Source: Rikenellaceae bacterium (GTDB taxonomy: Bacteria > Bacteroidota > Bacteroidia > Bacteroidales > Rikenellaceae). Taken from it: a stretch of DNA of 17,717 nt. A program made the position numbers and the translations under genes. The stretch is taken from the NCBI GenBank assembly GCA_044433645.1, contig JAWXTK010000027.1:1-17717 (forward strand), given 5' to 3'. How positions within the stretch are numbered: position 1 is the first letter of the stretch; every line of letters starts with the position of its first letter. The notes under the pieces are model-generated. The model was not told where the DNA came from, made no database searches, and saw only the letters and a list, made by a program, of their open reading frames with translations. Positions 8,169 to 15,172 of this stretch are shown here, one piece after another.

Positions 8169-9061
8169 ACGATGCGCTATGTATGGAGGCTAATTTTACT
8201 TATTCTTCTAGCTCTAGCACAAAAGTTAGTTTTGCACATAGTTTTGCCACTATGCGCATGACTTTTTCTTTGGAGGATAATCAGATTCCTGCAAAATTAG
8301 AATTTACAGATGGTGATTACGCTACATACACTATTAATATGAGTGATGTTAGCTCGTCGGATAGTTATACTGTGTATTATGTGATTTTCCCACACGAGGG
8401 TGGTGAGAGAAATTTATCGTATGGCATCACAACTATACACGACGAATTATATTATTATAAGTTAGTTTGCTCTACAACTTACTATGAGGGTCAAAATTAT
8501 ATAGCTACTATACCAGGACTTACTTTGTTTTATATCCCAGATGGATATACCCCTATTTACTTTGACGTGGACTTATACAATATTAGAGATGATCTTTCGG
8601 GGCAATATATTTTGATGAATGATATTACTTTGTCTGGTTATGATAATTGGACACCGATAGGCACTAGTTCTAATTATTTCTCTGGTGTTTTCTCTGGTGG
8701 AGGTTTTACTATCTCGGGCCTTAATATTAATTCTGAGGATGATTACCAAGGACTATTTGGCTACGTGAGTGGCGCAACTATTAAAAATGTTATTGTCAAA
8801 GAGCCTTCTATTCAAGTAGGTCAATACTCAGGCGCAGTTGTCGGATATTTTTCTGATTACTCTGTTACATCTTGTTATTATTTAGAGATAACAGGCACTT
8901 CTTATACTAATGAGTATGGCACAGCATCTAGTGAAGCGACTATGAAAGCTTCTAGTTTTGTAACTACACTTAACTCGGCTGCTGGCTCAACTTACTTTAA
9001 ACAAGATACAAACAATTATAACGACGGCTATCCTATACTTGTTGGGTTAGATTACAATTAA
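8156..9061 (+). CDS. C-terminal portion of the same surface protein: GLUG-like (beta-helix) repeat region; most likely fused to 7734..8168 in the intact gene
   Basis: No signal peptide of its own, although the content is clearly extracytoplasmic. GLUG-like repeats: NYFSGVFSGGGFTISGLNINS, YQGLFGYVSGATIKNVIVKE, QYSGAVVGYFSD. A +1 G in the G4 tract at 8142..8145 would join both ORFs into one ~445-aa lipoprotein. Confidence 0.5.
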   Translation: MDHLNDALCMEANFTYSSSSSTKVSFAHSFATMRMTFSLEDNQIPAKLEFTDGDYATYTINMSDVSSSDSYTVYYVIFPHEGGERNLSYGITTIHDELYYYKLVCSTTYYEGQNYIATIPGLTLFYIPDGYTPIYFDVDLYNIRDDLSGQYILMNDITLSGYDNWTPIGTSSNYFSGVFSGGGFTISGLNINSEDDYQGLFGYVSGATIKNVIVKEPSIQVGQYSGAVVGYFSDYSVTSCYYLEITGTSYTNEYGTASSEATMKASSFVTTLNSAAGSTYFKQDTNNYNDGYPILVGLDYN

Positions 9062-9106
9062 TTTGATTATTAGGATGAATAAATTATAAAAATAAACTAA
9101 AATATT

Positions 9107-10291
9107 ATGGCATTATTTGATAAATCGACTCAGGCCTATGACGGTCAACAGTCAAAAGGAACTAACAAGGGAATGGTGGGCTCTACTATATTCTGGCGCC
9201 CTGAATCTAATGAGGCAATGGTTTATAAATATGCTCACGATGATATTCGTAACGGAGCTATTGTTGTAACTCACCAATCTCAAAGAGCGTATTTGTTTCT
9301 TAACGGAGCACTTGCTCACAGTATTCCTCCCTCAGGGGGCCAATACAAACTTGAAACTGCAAACATCCCCTTGTTTGCTAAGTGGCTTAATGCTGCTACC
9401 GGAGGTACAACTCACAGCCCTGCTGAGATTTGGTTTGTAAATGTAGAAACTGAGCGAGCTGCTCTGTGGGGTTTGGGCGATTTGCCAATTATGGACCACT
9501 CTATGGGTGTAGAATTTATTATCGGAGCTAGAGGTGGTTACAATATTAAAATCGTAGACGGAGCATTGCTATTGATGAAATTAGTGGGTGCACTTGATGA
9601 TTTCTCAACTAATGAATTTCTTAGTTATTTCAAACAAAAAATTCGCTCTATCGTAGCTCAGGCTATTTCAGATGTGGTTGAGACTGAGAAATTGTCTATG
9701 CTTTCACTTCAAAGAAACAGAAAAACGCTTGAGATAAAGGTTGAGGAATTTATTAATCGCGAGCTAGAGGCCTATGGTGTTTGTATTAAAAACTTTGCAG
9801 TTGAGAATTTTAATATCCCAGAAGAATATCGCGAGGTTCTTAAAGAGCAAACTAAAGGCCTAGCAGAAAGAAAACGCCTTGATCAACTTGGTGTGGCTTA
9901 TGCTCAGGAGCGCCACTTTGATATTATGGACAATGCTGCCAAAAACGAAGGTGGCACAGTAGGCTCACTAATGGGAGCAGGCATGGGACTAACCATGGGC
10001 GCTGGCGTAGGTCAGGCTATGGGTAACAGCCTTAACCAAGGCTTTAGTCAGGCATCTTCGCCCACTGCACCTCCTCCGATTCCTCAGGCTAAGGAATACT
10101 ATCTAGCTATTAACGGACAGCAAGCAGGGCCTATGGGCGTGGCAGGGATTCAAGAAATGATTAATCAAGCTCAGGCAAATTCTCAAACACTTTATTGGTG
10201 TCAAGGAATGGGTGACTGGGAGCCAATCTCTAGTTCAACAGAATTAACTGGAGCCCTTAAATTCTTACCACCAGCTATCCCTACACTTTAA
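9107..10291 (+). CDS. SPFH/Band-7 family protein (Band_7_1, PF13421-like) with C-terminal DUF4339 (GYF-like) domain
   Basis: N-terminus MALFDK...IFWRPESNEAMVYKYAHDDIRNGAIVVTHQSQRAYLFLNGALA matches the conserved start of Band_7_1 proteins. A central SPFH-like region is followed by a Gly/Met-rich segment and a Pro-rich linker (PTAPPPIPQA). C-terminal EYYLAINGQQAGPMGVAGIQEMINQAQANSQTLYWCQGMGDWEPIS is the DUF4339 signature. Confidence 0.75.
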   Translation: MALFDKSTQAYDGQQSKGTNKGMVGSTIFWRPESNEAMVYKYAHDDIRNGAIVVTHQSQRAYLFLNGALAHSIPPSGGQYKLETANIPLFAKWLNAATGGTTHSPAEIWFVNVETERAALWGLGDLPIMDHSMGVEFIIGARGGYNIKIVDGALLLMKLVGALDDFSTNEFLSYFKQKIRSIVAQAISDVVETEKLSMLSLQRNRKTLEIKVEEFINRELEAYGVCIKNFAVENFNIPEEYREVLKEQTKGLAERKRLDQLGVAYAQERHFDIMDNAAKNEGGTVGSLMGAGMGLTMGAGVGQAMGNSLNQGFSQASSPTAPPPIPQAKEYYLAINGQQAGPMGVAGIQEMINQAQANSQTLYWCQGMGDWEPISSSTELTGALKFLPPAIPTL

Positions 10292-10318
10292 TATTCATTA
10301 CTTAAAAAAACTAAAGAT

Positions 10319-11008
10319 ATGAAACTAAAACAATTAAATGTAATAATAACAGTAATCTGTGTAATTGCAACTTTAGGTATAGAATACTTGCTTAGACCAG
10401 AGCAAATCGGTAGTTTGTATAAATTCAATATGGCAGCAATTATCTTGTTAGAAGTGCTGTTTATCAATGCTTTATACCTAACAGCTAAAAAAGAAAACTA
10501 CTCTCCTCAGAGCATAACCGTGGCTGTGCGTGTGCTTAAGTATGGTGTGTTTGCAGCTCTGTGGCTTGTGATTTATGCTGTGGCTCTTCGCAAAAATGTT
10601 GATATTAAGTGGTATTATGTTGTGCATATTGCCCTTCTTGCATGGTTTGCTATATCAGCCTTTGTGCTTAATAGCGCAGGCGCCAAACAAATAGAGGTGA
10701 ACGAGGCTCAGCAGGCTAGAGTAGAGGAAAGAGCAAAAACCACTGCAAAAGTATTTGTTTCTAAAAGCGATATTGAAAGAAACATTACAAAATCATCTCT
10801 GTCGGTTGAGGCTAAACGCGATATAAATTTGCAGGTTAATACTATATACGACAAACTTCGTTTTTCTCCAGCTAACTTAGGTGAGGACGATCTTGCGCAA
10901 AGCTACCTTGAACAAATCAATACTCTATCCTCAGATAACGACTCAAGCGAAGAGGCTATAAAAGAAAAAATCGCCGACCTTATTAGTTATATTAATTCTA
11001 GGAACTAA
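10319..11008 (+). CDS. Integral membrane protein (4 predicted TM helices) with a C-terminal soluble helical domain; unknown function
   Basis: Four hydrophobic ~20-aa segments in residues 8-120, then a charged, coiled-coil-like tail (EVNEAQQARVEERAKTTAK...). Only 27 nt downstream of the SPFH gene on the same strand. Confidence 0.55.
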   Translation: MKLKQLNVIITVICVIATLGIEYLLRPEQIGSLYKFNMAAIILLEVLFINALYLTAKKENYSPQSITVAVRVLKYGVFAALWLVIYAVALRKNVDIKWYYVVHIALLAWFAISAFVLNSAGAKQIEVNEAQQARVEERAKTTAKVFVSKSDIERNITKSSLSVEAKRDINLQVNTIYDKLRFSPANLGEDDLAQSYLEQINTLSSDNDSSEEAIKEKIADLISYINSRN

Positions 11009-11051
11009 TATAACGCAACTCAATTATAATTTAAAAAAAAACTTAAATATT

Positions 11052-11462
11052 ATGTCAAAACAATCAAATTGCCCTAAGTGTGGCGCGAAAATGAATTTTG
11101 ATGAGGCGCAATACATTATGGTTTGCCCTTATTGTGAAGAGGAAATACGCTTAGAGAGACCTGCCACTCCTCCACCTGCTCAGCCTGCGCAAGCAACTCT
11201 TAGCGATGAACAGTTAAGAAGAATATCAGCGCAGATGAGACAAAATCAAGCTCCACCAAGACCTCGTAAAAGCAAATCTACGGCTATTATTCTGTGCTTT
11301 TTCTTAGGTATGTTGGGCATACATCAATTTTATCTTGGCAACACTTGGCGAGGTATAGGCTACCTTGTCTTAACGTGTTCGGTAGTTGGTGCTTGGCTAG
11401 CAGCTATAATTTTATTTATTGATTTTATCGTTCTTTGCTGCACAAGCGAAGATTCATTCTAA
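11052..11462 (+). CDS. Zinc-ribbon + TM2-domain membrane protein
   Basis: N-terminal CPKCG-x17-CPYC zinc ribbon, then a Pro-rich linker (PATPPPAQPAQA), then a C-terminal TM2 domain (PF05154 pattern): KSKSTAIILCFFLGMLGIHQFYLGNTWRGIGYLVLTCSVVGAWLAAIILFIDFIVL. Confidence 0.7.
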   Translation: MSKQSNCPKCGAKMNFDEAQYIMVCPYCEEEIRLERPATPPPAQPAQATLSDEQLRRISAQMRQNQAPPRPRKSKSTAIILCFFLGMLGIHQFYLGNTWRGIGYLVLTCSVVGAWLAAIILFIDFIVLCCTSEDSF

Positions 11463-11489
11463 ATTTAACCTTTTTTATAAATAAAAAAA

Positions 11490-11525
11490 CAGCAAATGAC
11501 ATTCTAGTCATTTGCTGTTTTTGTT
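11490..11525 (+). terminator. Rho-independent terminator for the 9107..11462 transcription unit
   Basis: Perfect 11-bp stem (cagcaaatgac / gtcatttgctg), 6-nt loop attcta, followed by tttttgttttg. Preceded by an A7 run, so it could also act on the opposite strand. Confidence 0.6.
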
Positions 11526-11540
11526 TTGTAGGGGTTGTAT

Positions 11541-11580
11541 ATATCAAAAAAAAAGCTCGCCCTAATTAGGACGAGCAAAT
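11541..11580 (-). terminator. Rho-independent terminator for rplU-rpmA (minus strand)
   Basis: Hairpin agctcgccct-aatt-aggacgagc (one mismatch) at about 11550..11577. On the minus strand it is followed by a T9 run (complement of the A9 at 11541..11549), directly downstream of the rpmA stop. Confidence 0.5.
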
Positions 11581-11603
11581 TTTGAACATCTTAGTGTTTT
11601 AAC

Positions 11604-11864
11604 CTACTCAGCGATTGGAGTGATTGAAACGTAAGATTTTCCAGAAGTCTTTTTGCAGAAAGAAACTGTACCGTTTGTAAGTGCAAAAAGTGTGTGGTCT
11701 TTACCCATACCCACGTTTTCACCTGGGTTGTGAACCGTACCTCTTTGACGAACGATAATGTTTCCTGCTTTTGCGAATTGTCCACCGAACAATTTCACGC
11801 CTAGTCGTTTACTTTCTGATTCACGACCATTCCTAGAACTACCAGCTCCTTTTTTGTGTGCCAT
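11604..11864 (-). CDS. rpmA: 50S ribosomal protein L27
   Basis: [29 protein letters not shown]...[23 protein letters not shown] is the universally conserved L27 sequence. 86 aa is the typical size. Confidence 0.95.
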   Translation of the reverse strand: MAHKKGAGSSRNGRESESKRLGVKLFGGQFAKAGNIIVRQRGTVHNPGENVGMGKDHTLFALTNGTVSFCKKTSGKSYVSITPIAE

Positions 11865-11883
11865 TTCTCTTTAAGTTTTAACG

Positions 11884-12198
11884 TTAAGCAATAATAATAT
11901 CATCAATAAGGATTTGAGTTAGGAATTGTCTATGACCATTTTTTACTCTGTATCCTTTTCTACGTTTTTTCTTGAACACTATGACTTTGTCGTCTTTTAA
12001 GTGTTTAAGAATCGTAGCATTGATTGAGGCCCCTTCAATAACAGGTGTGCCTACATTTACCTGACCGTCGTTGTCTGTTAGCAGGATTTTGTCGAAACTC
12101 AAAGAAGAACCTTCCTCTCCTTTAAGACGGTGAACATAGAGTTTGCGACCTTTTTCAACTTTAAATTGTTGACCTGCAATTTCTGCGATTACGTACAT
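11884..12198 (-). CDS. rplU: 50S ribosomal protein L21
   Basis: MYVIAEIAGQQFKVEKG..L.V..L......V.FDKILL is the conserved L21 N-terminus. 104 aa. Lies 19 nt upstream of rpmA in the canonical rplU-rpmA arrangement. Confidence 0.95.
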   Translation of the reverse strand: MYVIAEIAGQQFKVEKGRKLYVHRLKGEEGSSLSFDKILLTDNDGQVNVGTPVIEGASINATILKHLKDDKVIVFKKKRRKGYRVKNGHRQFLTQILIDDIIIA

Positions 12199-12228
12199 CT
12201 GTATGCTTATTTACAAAAAATTAGTTCG

Positions 12229-12260
12229 CAAATATAATGATAATACTTGATATCGCCAAA
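12229..12260 (-). promoter_or_regulatory. Bacteroidetes-type promoter (-33 TTTG, -7 TATATTTG) for rplU-rpmA
   Basis: Minus-strand reading: TTTG (complement of 12257..12260), a 20-nt spacer, then TATATTTG (complement of 12229..12236), about 30 nt upstream of the rplU ATG. Matches the TTTG / TAnnTTTG consensus with canonical spacing. Confidence 0.5.
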
Positions 12261-12351
12261 ACTTATGAATCTTTTTTTTAAAAAAAATCTTGATTTTATG
12301 ATATAAGGAGCGATTTTTGATTTAACAAACTATCAAAAAATAATCAAACAG

Positions 12352-12717
12352 ATGAAAATACTGATAGTTAGCAATGATTTTATAGAGGGTGGCTTTCTTA
12401 GAGAGGCTCTCTACTTTGAGGGCTTGGATGTGTGTGGGGTGTGCCCTTTAGAGCAAGTTGAGCATTACTGCCATGAGCATGAGGTGGGCGTAATAATTAG
12501 TTTTTGTCATCACAGCCTGCTAAACGGGGGTTGGTGCAGTGAATTTTTTGAGCGTTTACAGCTAAAGGCTAGGCCTAAAATATTTTTGCTGAGCTCAATT
12601 TCTGATGAAAATACGGTGATAAGCATGTATAAGGGCAAGGTTAATCAATATTATATGCTACCCATGGATTTAAAGCGCATGGTTAAGAATTTGTCAAATG
12701 AAATTTCTAAAATTTAA
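12352..12717 (+). CDS. Pseudo-receiver (degenerate CheY-like REC) domain protein, Cys/His-rich
   Basis: MKILIVSNDFIEGGFLREAL...VGVIISFCHH...IFLLSSISDE...YYMLPMDLKRM aligns to a CheY-like receiver, but D12 is N, the phospho-acceptor D57 is F (IISF in place of VISD) and K109 is L. There are 5 Cys + 6 His in residues 28-62 (CGVC, HYCHEHE, FCHH, WC). Confidence 0.6.
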   Translation: MKILIVSNDFIEGGFLREALYFEGLDVCGVCPLEQVEHYCHEHEVGVIISFCHHSLLNGGWCSEFFERLQLKARPKIFLLSSISDENTVISMYKGKVNQYYMLPMDLKRMVKNLSNEISKI

Positions 12718-12723
12718 GCTGTT

Positions 12724-13677
12724 ATGGAGTTATTGCTGGGTGTGTTAATAGGCGTGTTTTTGATTATTTTTGTGTGCTATTCTATAAGATTTTTGTGCGT
12801 AAATAGCAATTTTAAGTGGATAAAACGCAGGCGAGAGTTAGCAATTAGCCGTCTGTTGAAATCATTTTATCAGTGGATTTATCAGGGTTATATTCCTCGT
12901 GGGGAGTTCTCTCACATGCTGCATCACAGGTCGCGCTCTTTGGCTATAAAAATCCTAGCGCAACTTCGCGAGGTAACTCATGGGCACATACCTATGCGAC
13001 TGGAAAGATTTGTGGCATGGCGTAAACTTGATAAATATTTGTTGCGTTTAGCTAATCGCAGGCGAGGATTAAAACGTGCGCTTATAGTTAAAACTTTGTT
13101 TCTTTTGCCGCTGCCCAGGTGGAGCGAGAAAAAGGTAATAAGGTTTGAGGATGATAAAAATGCTTATGTGCGTTTGTTTGCGCTTATGTCTCATCTGGAT
13201 TATGATTTTTCTAGAAGTATAGATATTCTGCACGAGTTCAAGGGCGAATATAGAACCTTGGATTATTGTATGTTGGCTAAGTATTTTCATCGTAGGAGCC
13301 TAACCAAAGATTTTCATCTTAGGCTTTTACGCCATGAGGATGAGAGGTTGCAGTTTTTTGCTCTATATATAATTAGAATGAGGAATTTATCTTCCTCAGG
13401 TGGGGATATCCTTAAATATTTGCCAACGGAGAATGATGATTTGGTTTTTGAAATGCTAAAGACTTTGGTTGTAGTGCATTATGATATGAATCACGAGAGA
13501 GTGGTGGCTCTAATGAGAGAGCAAAAAAGCGAAAAGCGCAAGTATTTATATCGCCTAGCAGCAAGCGAGGGCTATTCTCTGGGTGCACTGGAGAGGGTTT
13601 TGATGGTCGAAAAGCACGCTTTTATGGTTGATTATGTGGTGAGTTTGATTCAGGGTGGTAAGTATAAATTGGTTTAA
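12724..13677 (+). CDS. Membrane-anchored (single N-terminal TM) basic alpha-helical-repeat protein; unknown function
   Basis: N-terminal hydrophobic helix LLLGVLIGVFLIIFVCYSI. The remainder is rich in R/K/H with recurring amphipathic helix-like segments (HEAT/ARM-like by eye). Start is 7 nt after the pseudo-receiver stop. Confidence 0.5.
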   Translation: MELLLGVLIGVFLIIFVCYSIRFLCVNSNFKWIKRRRELAISRLLKSFYQWIYQGYIPRGEFSHMLHHRSRSLAIKILAQLREVTHGHIPMRLERFVAWRKLDKYLLRLANRRRGLKRALIVKTLFLLPLPRWSEKKVIRFEDDKNAYVRLFALMSHLDYDFSRSIDILHEFKGEYRTLDYCMLAKYFHRRSLTKDFHLRLLRHEDERLQFFALYIIRMRNLSSSGGDILKYLPTENDDLVFEMLKTLVVVHYDMNHERVVALMREQKSEKRKYLYRLAASEGYSLGALERVLMVEKHAFMVDYVVSLIQGGKYKLV

Positions 13678-13691
13678 ATAATTTATTTGCT

Positions 13692-14819
13692 ATGTTATTA
13701 ATTTGCATTACTGTTGGTTTGCTTGTTTTAGTTTGTTTAAGGATTTTTCTGCTTGCCTGTATTGGGGTGCGCTCTATGGGTGATTCTAGGTTAAATGATG
13801 CTTTGATGGAGTGTCGAAATGCTCGCCTCTCTGATGCTTATAATGAGATTGCTATATCTATTATAGTGGCAGATTTGGAGAGGGAAAGCGATTTGATATC
13901 TTTGCTTAGTCTGGATTTAAATCGTTATGAGGTGGTGCTTTTGTTAGATTTTAATGATAGTGCTCTGGTAGGAAATATCCTTGCGCGCTATAATATGCTA
14001 AAGGTTGATAAAGTACCAACTAGCGAACTTTCGTGTATGTCTGTGCGTGGGGTTTATCGTTCTAGAGAGAGTGTTTACTCGCGTTTGGTTATAGTGGATA
14101 TGAATAAAGGGGGTAATGCTCAAAGATTTAGTTGTGGGGCAAATATTGCTAGATATGAATATGTCATGGCCTTAGAAAAAGGTTGTTTGCTCACCCCAGG
14201 GGCAGTTTGCAGTGTGGTGCGTACTTTGTTAGAGCAAAATACGCAGATAAAATATTGCGCCGTAGGGGGCTTTCGTTTGGGTGAGTTGCCACGCAATATT
14301 TTTAAGATTGTGGATCTAAGTGTAAAGATGCTAATTGTGGGGGCTGGTTTTGCAAAACTTTCGCTTTGGGGCGAGAATGTGAGTGTGGTTTTTGATAGAG
14401 AATATTTGGTGCAGGCAGGTGGCTATGGTATAGACAAACATTTTGATTATGAATTAGTTAAGCGCATAGAAAGAATGAACGAGCGAACCAAGGACGATGC
14501 CAAAGTAATGCTTATGCCCAAGGTGATGCTAAGAGACAGAAATGCTAGTGGATTAGACATTAAGAAGTGTCTGTTTTCATCGGGTTTTGTGTTTGGGATG
14601 CTGCTTGTTTTGATGATGTTTTGCTTGCTTAGCGAGTATCTGAGTTTGGTGGTTTTGACTGTTGTTTTTGTATATATTCTTAGTGTTTGTGTGGCAGCTA
14701 TGAGCGTGTATGCTTGCTCTGGGATGCTTAGGCCAAAGAACTCTCTGGGTGTGATAGTGGCTGTTATATTTTATCCTTTTTTCTTAATTTTTAGATTAAT
14801 TCGCTTGATTAGGTATTAA
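13692..14819 (+). CDS. GT2-fold (family 2 glycosyltransferase-like) membrane protein with N- and C-terminal TM segments and a variant DxD motif
   Basis: N-terminal TM. ISIIVADLE...YEVVLLLDFNDSAL corresponds to the GT2 vsviiP...eiivvDDgStD block. VDMNKGGNAQRFSCGANIARYEYVMALEKGCLLTPGAV corresponds to NlGkaaArNaGlkaAkGeyilflDaDd..ep.al, with DaD replaced by EKG. VFDREYLVQAGGYGIDKHFDYELVKRIER corresponds to fRrealeevGGfde...EDlelslRl. C-terminal ~90 aa form 3-4 TM helices. Confidence 0.5.
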   Translation: MLLICITVGLLVLVCLRIFLLACIGVRSMGDSRLNDALMECRNARLSDAYNEIAISIIVADLERESDLISLLSLDLNRYEVVLLLDFNDSALVGNILARYNMLKVDKVPTSELSCMSVRGVYRSRESVYSRLVIVDMNKGGNAQRFSCGANIARYEYVMALEKGCLLTPGAVCSVVRTLLEQNTQIKYCAVGGFRLGELPRNIFKIVDLSVKMLIVGAGFAKLSLWGENVSVVFDREYLVQAGGYGIDKHFDYELVKRIERMNERTKDDAKVMLMPKVMLRDRNASGLDIKKCLFSSGFVFGMLLVLMMFCLLSEYLSLVVLTVVFVYILSVCVAAMSVYACSGMLRPKNSLGVIVAVIFYPFFLIFRLIRLIRY

Positions 14820-14866
14820 AAACCAATAAATTTTTATATCTTTATACAAAATTTTTTAGTTAAACA

Positions 14867-15172
14867 ATGTATAAAGTTAATACCTCCTTTGTTGTCGAGG
14901 GTTGTGAGAACAATCGTTGGCTCAATATTATAAACGAAAATTATATACCTTTTCTTAAAGAAAACGGATTTAACCAGGTTTGTCTCTCGCGCGTATTATC
15001 AGCTGAGAACGAGTCTAATTTCACCTATTCTCTACTAGTTGATATAGACAATATTGCAGACTACGAAAAACTTACAGGTGTTATCTTTGATGAATATACA
15101 GCCGTGGCCGAACCCTTGTTTGGTGCACGCGTTGTTTGGTTTACTACTGTAATGAAGGTGCTAAATGAATAA
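14867..15172 (+). CDS. DUF4286-family small protein
   Basis: MYKVNTSFVVEGCENNRWLNIINENYIPFLKENGF...FTYSLL...ADYEKL..VIFDEYTAVAEPLFGARVVWFTTVMKVL fits the ~100-aa Bacteroidota DUF4286 pattern (MiiyNvTv.v...eWl.wm.e.HIP.v..tG.F ... F.T.le.l). Stop overlaps the next gene's start (ATGAATAA). Confidence 0.45.
   Translation: MYKVNTSFVVEGCENNRWLNIINENYIPFLKENGFNQVCLSRVLSAENESNFTYSLLVDIDNIADYEKLTGVIFDEYTAVAEPLFGARVVWFTTVMKVLNE

Noticed and set aside
7734-9061. Treating 7734..8168 and 8156..9061 as two genuinely separate genes.
   Set aside because: This is less likely. The second ORF begins with no signal peptide yet encodes an obviously extracytoplasmic repeat protein, its frame is open well upstream of its ATG, and a single-G change in a homopolymer fuses the two. 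This cannot be excluded without homolog comparison, so both ORFs are listed.
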